Below, piece by piece: positions 27,601 to 32,000 of a stretch of 32,000 nucleotides of DNA (position 1 is the stretch's first letter; the number at the start of each line of letters is the position of its first letter). The notes under the pieces are model-generated. The model searched no databases and was not told where the DNA came from. It saw nothing but the letters and a program-made list of their open reading frames with translations. The translations under genes were made by a program, and so were the position numbers. Source of the DNA: Planctopirus limnophila DSM 3776. GTDB lineage: Bacteria; Planctomycetota; Planctomycetia; Planctomycetales; Planctomycetaceae. The DNA lies in NCBI RefSeq assembly GCF_000092105.1, contig NC_014148.1, positions 2,940,001-2,972,000 on the forward strand. Reading direction: 5' to 3'.

Positions 27601-28031
27601 TCAACATTTTCACACAGATTGGCTTTGTGGTGCTGGTGGGGCTCGCGTGTAAAAACGCTATTCTGATTGTCGAATTCGCCAGAGCACGGCGAGCCGCTGG
27701 TGTTCCCCGTCAACAGGCGGTACTGGAAGCATGCCAGTTGCGTCTGCGTCCAATCATCATGACATCACTGGCGTTCATCCTGGGTGTGGTGCCGCTGATG
27801 ATTGGCGAAGGGGCTGGTGCCGAAATGCGCCAAGCTCTGGGAACTGCCGTTTTCTGGGGCATGCTGGGAGTAACACTCTTTGGCATTTTCCTGACCCCCA
27901 TTTTCTACGAAGTGATTCAGTGGGTTGTCGATTGGCGCAAAACCAAAGCTGACAAACGATCTGCGAACGCAAGTAACAGTCGAACCTTAGACACGACCAC
28001 CGTTTCGGAGTCTGGTCTGGCGAAGATGTAG
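24663..28031 (+). CDS. efflux RND transporter permease, AcrB/HAE1 type (paralog 2, with insertion after TM6)
   Basis: 1122 aa, colinear with paralog 1 and similar along the whole length. It has the same DD / K / R relay motifs. An extra hydrophobic insertion lies at residues ~500-563. Confidence 0.95.
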   Translation: MFSRFFIDRPIFASVLSIVITLAGGIAVFTLPITQYPEITPPTVEVSAIYPGANAQVVADTVASPIEQQVNGVEGMLYMTSQCANDGSYTLTVTFAPGSNLNIAQVLVQNRVDLAEPVLPDLVNRRGILVKKKSPSVLMIVNLYSPDNSRDNLYLSNYATIQLRDELSRLPGVGDITYLGRRDYSMRVWLDPDKLASLGLSSSDVVHAIEQQNVQVAAGQIGQPPAPSDQVFQFTMTTVGRLADDQQFGEIIVKTDADGRIIRLRDVARTELGALAYDQVCTLDGKPSVALSVYQLPGSNALEVAESVRKKMEQLKTRFKPGVDYSIVYDTTPFIEESVSEVFTALRDAVILVAIVVLIFLQGWRAAVIPLVAVPVAIVGTFAAMAAFGFSLNTLTLFGLVLAIGIVVDDAIVVVEAIEHHIEHGLSPREAAIRAMDEVAGPVIAVGLVLSAVFLPCVFITGIVGQFFQQFALTIAISTVISAFNSLTLSPALAVLLLKPRAHGHAPEPLPRVGIVLVAVLGAYLLGPRLLADYQFAEMPYFKYIMASLALILAVPLAGWINRLLSLFFRGFQEVFDALTAGYISIVSSLLRINLLMMFVYAGLLYATVEVFNRAPAGFIPAQDKGYLLVNVQLPDAASLDRTEATLASIHEIAKETKGIRHTVGIAGQSLLLGANAPNFGTFYFMLDDFEHRHEPGLMAKALAMQLEEKLARAIPEARINILGAPAIDGLGNAGGFRLMIEDRGDNGLTALESQSKLLIEKAQTNPIFDRVFSSFSANTPWLYIDVNRDAAKAMGVSIDDLFSAIQTHFGSLYVNDFNRFGRTWQVNVQADGDFRLSPDDIKHLKIHNSHGEVVPLAAVATTREASGPSMIIRHNLYPSSTVNLDSVQGASSGETIETMKAIADRELFENMRAEWTELAYLQQQAGNTAIYAFLLAVVLVFLVLAAQYESWALPLAVILVVPMCLLCSILGVLLTGQDVNIFTQIGFVVLVGLACKNAILIVEFARARRAAGVPRQQAVLEACQLRLRPIIMTSLAFILGVVPLMIGEGAGAEMRQALGTAVFWGMLGVTLFGIFLTPIFYEVIQWVVDWRKTKADKRSANASNSRTLDTTTVSESGLAKM

Positions 28032-28125
28032 CAGATCGTTACTCCAAAACACGGAGTTGAAGATCTTGCCTGCTGTGCTGCGTACCCGTTAAAGGCTTCG
28101 CCGAACGAAACTGATGGCGGCTCAA

Positions 28126-28686
28126 TTAAATGGCGCCACACCAGGTCGCAAAATCATGAACACTCGTTTTGACGGCTCCATCGATTTGGCGGGTCATGTT
28201 AAAGGCCTGCTCCGTTCCATCCAACATCAGCATGCGACCGCTCATACGAATCTCGAAACTGGCGATTTGTGAAACAGCCGCCTCGAACCGATAGCTGGCC
28301 TTACGGTTTACGTTGCCATCCTTATCTTTGACATCGTTAAACAGAAGTTGAAGTGGTTCCGAACGAGAGACCAGTGACGTGGTTTTACCATCTTCAAACT
28401 CTATCCAAGCCTCTTCGATTACGAGGATCTCGTACCCTGAATCTTCCGGTTTGACATAATCCAGATCGAGGTCATGCGGCGGTGGGGTGTAGAAAACCAT
28501 ACACAATGGAAGGATATCGATGCTTTCCCACATTTTGGGAACGACTTCAAATTCAAAAGAAGAAGCATCTGCCTGAGCAGTCGCTAAGGCTGGCAGAATT
28601 TTGAATTCATTCGCCCTCATAATGCCAATACAACCCACAGCGGCGGCTGTAAAGGAGACTGCCAATAGTCGCAGAAAATTGTGCAT
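28126..28686 (-). CDS. hypothetical lipoprotein
   Basis: ATG 28686 gives MHNFLRLLAVSFTAAAVGC, a signal peptide plus lipobox. The tracked ORF start at 28746 adds 20 residues before it. No recognised domain. Confidence 0.55.
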   Translation of the reverse strand: MHNFLRLLAVSFTAAAVGCIGIMRANEFKILPALATAQADASSFEFEVVPKMWESIDILPLCMVFYTPPPHDLDLDYVKPEDSGYEILVIEEAWIEFEDGKTTSLVSRSEPLQLLFNDVKDKDGNVNRKASYRFEAAVSQIASFEIRMSGRMLMLDGTEQAFNMTRQIDGAVKTSVHDFATWCGAI

Positions 28687-28808
28687 AGATTGGTTAATTA
28701 TTTGATTGATGTGATTTTGGAAAGATGGAAAAGAGCACGCAGCCACATTGAAAATGATGTGACCTGTATTCAGGCGAGAGGCACTGCTCGCTGGATATTT
28801 TGTGGTGA

Positions 28809-28838
28809 TTGGCAGGAGCGAAGCCAGAAGGCTAGAAT
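28809..28838 (+). promoter_or_regulatory. candidate sigma70-type promoter for gnd (TTGGCA-N18-TAGAAT)
   Basis: TTGGCA at 28809-28814, an 18-nt spacer, then TAGAAT at 28833-28838, about 85 nt upstream of ATG 28923. Pattern match only. Confidence 0.3.
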
Positions 28839-28922
28839 CAGCACAATCTGGTTAAGGCAGACAAATCTGGCTGCCCGTCAACATTTACGATGTCTTCAGT
28901 ACGCTCTCTGGATCAGTAAAAC

Positions 28923-30395
28923 ATGTCTCAGCACGATATCGGTTTGATTGGCCTCGCGGTGATGGGCCAGAATCTCGTTCTTAACATGGCCAACCACGGC
29001 TTTTCAGTCGGCGTTTACAACCGCACAACTGCCACGACCGATGAATTCGTGGGTGGTCTGAAGAACGAGCCCGCAGACAAGGTGCATGCTGGAACGATTG
29101 ATCGCGTCAAAGGTTATCACACCCTCGAAGACTTTGTGAAAAGCCTGAAAGCTCCTCGCCGCATCATGATTATGGTGAAGGCCGGGAAGCCGGTTGACGC
29201 CGTGATCGATCAACTGGAGCCGTTGCTCGACAAGGGCGACATTATCATCGACGGTGGTAACAGCGATTTTGTCGATACCAATCGCCGCGATAAAGACCTG
29301 CGTGAAAAAGGTTTGCGGTTTATTGGAACCGGTGTTTCCGGTGGTGAGGAAGGTGCCCTCAAGGGCCCGAGCATTATGCCGGGCGGTCATGCCGATGCCT
29401 GGCCATTTGTGAAAGACATTTTCCAGGCCATCTCTGCCAAAGTCGGCCCGAATAATGATATCCCCTGCTGTGAATGGGTCGGAGATGCCGGTGCCGGCCA
29501 TTACGTCAAGATGGTCCATAACGGGATTGAATATGGCGATATGCAGCTCATCTGCGAAGCCTATTTCATCCTCAAGCATGCCTTGGGGCTGTCGAACGAA
29601 GAGCTTTATCAGGTCTTCAAGTCTTGGAATGAAGGGGAACTCGAAAGCTACCTCATCGAGATCACCCGCGACATTTTTACAGTCAAAGATGGTAACACGG
29701 GCGAATACCTGGTTGACAAGATTCTCGATACTGCCGCCCAGAAGGGGACTGGCAAGTGGATGAGCCAGCATGCTCTCGACCTGGGTGTGCCAACCACACT
29801 CATCACCGAAGCGGTCTACGCCCGCTGCCTGTCAGCTCAGAAAGATGCCCGCGTCCGCGCTTCGCAGATCCTCGAAGGGCCCAAGGATGCGAAATTCACG
29901 GGCGATAAGCAGCAGTTTATTGATGATGTCCGCCAGGCGCTCTATGCCTCCAAGCTCTGCAGCTATGCTCAAGGTTATGTCCAGCTCGATGCTGCCGCCA
30001 AGGAGTTTGGCTGGAAGCTGAACAACGGCAATATCGCCCTGCTCTGGCGCGGCGGCTGCATTATTCGCAGTGCCTTCCTCGGTGATATCAAAACCGCTTT
30101 CGATAAGTCGCCCACTCTGGAAAACCTGCTGCTGGATGACTTCTTCAAGTCGGCTGTCGCCAAGGCACAGCCCAGCTGGCGACGGGTCATTTCTACAGCC
30201 GTCCAATTGGGCCTGCCGACACCCGTCTTCAGTGCCGCTTTAAGCTACTACGACGGCTATCGACAGGGCCGACTCCCTGCGAATCTGCTCCAGGCCCAGC
30301 GTGATTACTTCGGTGCCCATACTTATGAGCGCACCGATAAGCCACGTGGTGAGTTCTTCCACACGGATTGGATTCGCGAACGCAAGCTCAGCTAA
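28923..30395 (+). CDS. gnd: NADP-dependent 6-phosphogluconate dehydrogenase (decarboxylating)
   Basis: N-terminal Rossmann motif IGLIGLAVMGQNLVLNMANHGF, GTGVSGGEEGA, HYVKMVHNGIEYGDMQLI, and the full-length 6PGDH C-terminal domain. Confidence 0.95.
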   Translation: MSQHDIGLIGLAVMGQNLVLNMANHGFSVGVYNRTTATTDEFVGGLKNEPADKVHAGTIDRVKGYHTLEDFVKSLKAPRRIMIMVKAGKPVDAVIDQLEPLLDKGDIIIDGGNSDFVDTNRRDKDLREKGLRFIGTGVSGGEEGALKGPSIMPGGHADAWPFVKDIFQAISAKVGPNNDIPCCEWVGDAGAGHYVKMVHNGIEYGDMQLICEAYFILKHALGLSNEELYQVFKSWNEGELESYLIEITRDIFTVKDGNTGEYLVDKILDTAAQKGTGKWMSQHALDLGVPTTLITEAVYARCLSAQKDARVRASQILEGPKDAKFTGDKQQFIDDVRQALYASKLCSYAQGYVQLDAAAKEFGWKLNNGNIALLWRGGCIIRSAFLGDIKTAFDKSPTLENLLLDDFFKSAVAKAQPSWRRVISTAVQLGLPTPVFSAALSYYDGYRQGRLPANLLQAQRDYFGAHTYERTDKPRGEFFHTDWIRERKLS

Positions 30396-30431
30396 GTTTG
30401 CTCACGGAAGTAATGACATTGCTCGATTTCG

Positions 30432-30470
30432 AATGCCCTGCTGGAGTTCAACTTCAGCAGGGCATTTTCG
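30432..30470 (+). terminator. Rho-independent terminator of gnd
   Basis: A perfect 12-bp stem pairs AATGCCCTGCTG (30432-30443) with CAGCAGGGCATT (30455-30466). The loop is 11 nt and the stem runs into TTTT (30465-30468). It begins 37 nt after the gnd stop. Confidence 0.7.
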
Positions 30471-30705
30471 TCCCGAGTGGCACTGACCCGCAAAGTCTAC
30501 TCAGGCGGAATTGGCCGAACTTTTTCTACCAGGAAGAGAAGAATCGGCGGACTTCGCCGCAGACAATGCTTCGGGGCTGTCGATGCTCATCGTGAAGGAT
30601 CGCAAGCTGCCGAATGGAATCGGGGCGGCCACGGAGGGCAGTCAAGCATGACGTGTCCCACGATGGTCTTCAGGTACATCCCCAAGCCATCGGAAGGTAG
30701 ATCAC

Positions 30706-31023
30706 ATGCGGGCAAATCGCTTCACTCAAATCGCACAAGTTGCACTCTGCGGAGTGATGCTGACCTGGACAGGTTGTCGAGCTGCTCAAGTGACTGAGCA
30801 AACAGCTCCACCGACACCACCCTACACCGAATATCCAGCTAATGGCGAACCCATGCCACTCCTCCAGCCGATTCCACCATCGGACGGATCGGGGGAACTG
30901 ATGCTGCCCCCTTCACCACCTCCTGCCCCGGCTTCCGAATCAGCCAGCACATCATCGTCTGAGCGAGGGATTCGGAACGTGAGTTGGAATCCGAAAACGT
31001 GGTTTTCCGGTATGAATCGATAA
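30706..31023 (+). CDS. small Pro-rich putative lipoprotein (105 aa)
   Basis: Signal peptide plus lipobox (VALCGVMLTWTGC), GGAAGG 8 nt upstream of the ATG, and a low-complexity Pro/Ser-rich mature part. No family recognised. Confidence 0.45.
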   Translation: MRANRFTQIAQVALCGVMLTWTGCRAAQVTEQTAPPTPPYTEYPANGEPMPLLQPIPPSDGSGELMLPPSPPPAPASESASTSSSERGIRNVSWNPKTWFSGMNR

Positions 31024-31045
31024 CGATTCCGCAGATCACCAGGGA

Positions 31046-32000
31046 TCAGCGTGACAGCCCATTCCGGATCTTGTCGAGAACTGCCGCTAGATCAGGAAGA
31101 GTCGAATCGTTCCAGGCTCGGGCGGGAATTGTCAGCTGATCCAACCGGTGAAACACAGCTCGGCGGTCAAGCCCATCGCGTTGGACGCGTATATCAACGA
31201 GCTGGGGGAAACTGCATTCGATGGAGCATGATCGAAACCAGATGACAGGTTGTGCTGCCATCTGGGCGATCGATGCTTGAGGAATATGCTCGAGCGCATG
31301 GTCACCGACCAGCACCAGGCAGTCAGTACTTTGCTCCCGAAGCAACCGTTCTACAGAAAAACGGTTGCCATCGTGATCAATCTGCCCCTGCTGGAAACTG
31401 ATGGCCCCGGCATAGCCCGTTTGCCATGTGCAGACGACGGAACCCATCCCGAAATCGCCATGGTTGGCTAGATATTGCGAATGGAATGCCCTGCCGTCAT
31501 TCAGTTCGATGACCAGTCGTTGCAAAGACTCCGTAGCTAATGCGGCCATTTCGGGCTGGCAGAAAGCTTCTCCGAAAAAAAGACATCCATACCGGGTCGA
31601 GCGCAGCAGTTCTGCCAATTCGGCCACGCTGGCATCTGCGGATGAAACTGCGACTTGCTGATTCTGCTGACGAATCATGCTTCTTAAAAGTTGTAGCTTC
31701 GAAAACGTGAGATCTTTATCCCACGGGAAACGGCGAACGGTCTGGCCGCTCAATGTCAGTTGCTGAATCGAGGATGGCGAAACATCTCCAACGACGATCC
31801 ATTGAAGTGATCGATTCGAACCTCTTCCCTGATGAACATGATGGCCAAGACGTTCAATCAGTCGCGGATGTGAACTTGCAGGATCACAGCCCCAGAGGAT
31901 GATCGTATCGGCCCGGGAACGAACATCGCCCAAGGAGCAGACGACTTGTCCAACATGGCTGGCTGCCCGATTGGCCCCTTCAGCGATTTGAGAAGCAGGT
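31046..32000 (-). CDS. fhcB: formylmethanofuran dehydrogenase subunit B family protein (FwdB/FhcB-like), 5' end outside the window
   Basis: LGDVRSRADTIILWGCDPASSHPR, FFGEAF, VCTWQTGYAGAISF and LVLVGD match the FwdB/FmdB/FhcB pattern (..NRADvi.fWG.NP...HPRH, CTW.TG.p.av.F). The frame stays open upstream of the tracked TTG 31933 all the way to nt 32000 (..PASQIAEGANRAASHVGQVVCS-LGDV..), so the gene is truncated by the window edge. Confidence 0.78.
   Translation of the reverse strand, partial: PASQIAEGANRAASHVGQVVCSLGDVRSRADTIILWGCDPASSHPRLIERLGHHVHQGRGSNRSLQWIVVGDVSPSSIQQLTLSGQTVRRFPWDKDLTFSKLQLLRSMIRQQNQQVAVSSADASVAELAELLRSTRYGCLFFGEAFCQPEMAALATESLQRLVIELNDGRAFHSQYLANHGDFGMGSVVCTWQTGYAGAISFQQGQIDHDGNRFSVERLLREQSTDCLVLVGDHALEHIPQASIAQMAAQPVIWFRSCSIECSFPQLVDIRVQRDGLDRRAVFHRLDQLTIPARAWNDSTLPDLAAVLDKIRNGLSR

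Noticed and set aside
29004-29771. 255-aa ORF antisense to gnd
   Set aside because: Shadow ORF inside a highly conserved 6PGDH coding region.
30477-30797. 106-aa Arg/Gly-rich ORF between gnd and the small lipoprotein gene
   Set aside because: The composition (RKRRIGGLRRRQ...) is typical of an out-of-frame or non-coding reading. It overlaps the better-supported lipoprotein start at 30706.
1-32000. Scan for CRISPR arrays, tRNA/rRNA/tmRNA genes, IS elements, integrases, phage genes, toxin-antitoxin pairs and known defence-system hallmarks
   Set aside because: I saw no direct-repeat arrays, tRNA-like T-arm or acceptor patterns, transposase/integrase-like ORFs or terminal inverted repeats flanking genes. 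Gene content is housekeeping throughout. tRNAscan-SE, Infernal and DefenseFinder/PADLOC runs would confirm this.

Overview
This window looks like an ordinary core-chromosome segment of a Planctomycetota-like bacterium. The lineage call rests on gene content: a DUF1080 exported protein, a formylglycine-type sulfatase, an FwdB/FhcB homologue, a CsrA, and many weak or absent Shine-Dalgarno sites with non-ATG starts. Almost everything is recognisable housekeeping. In order: ribBA, convergent csrA, rpmB, gatC-gatA-gatB, a DUF1080 secreted protein, acnA, and a minus-strand heme cluster hemD-hemE-hemY. Next come a three-gene cluster of poorly characterised proteins (DUF1444 fusion, PhnP/PqqB-like MBL hydrolase, 137-aa unknown) and a sulfatase. 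After that there is an RND efflux operon with one lipoprotein adaptor and two tandem paralogous AcrB-type permeases, then a lipoprotein, gnd, a small Pro-rich lipoprotein, and the 3' part of an fwdB/fhcB-family gene that runs off the window. I found no tRNA, rRNA, CRISPR array, transposase, integrase, or recognisable defence or toxin-antitoxin genes. I do not see convincing evidence for a novel multi-gene system. The items most worth a second look are: (1) an orphan inverted repeat with 26-nt arms (14482..14569) in a 529-nt divergent spacer, which behaves like a minus-strand terminator or attenuator upstream of the heme genes; (2) the MdtABC-like tandem RND pair with no outer-membrane factor or regulator, whose second permease carries a roughly 50-60-aa insertion with two extra hydrophobic segments; (3) the DUF1444-fusion/MBL/unknown cluster; (4) csrA with a C-terminal extension and a GGA-rich leader. 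All functional calls come from by-eye motif recognition. Start codons are uncertain where noted.
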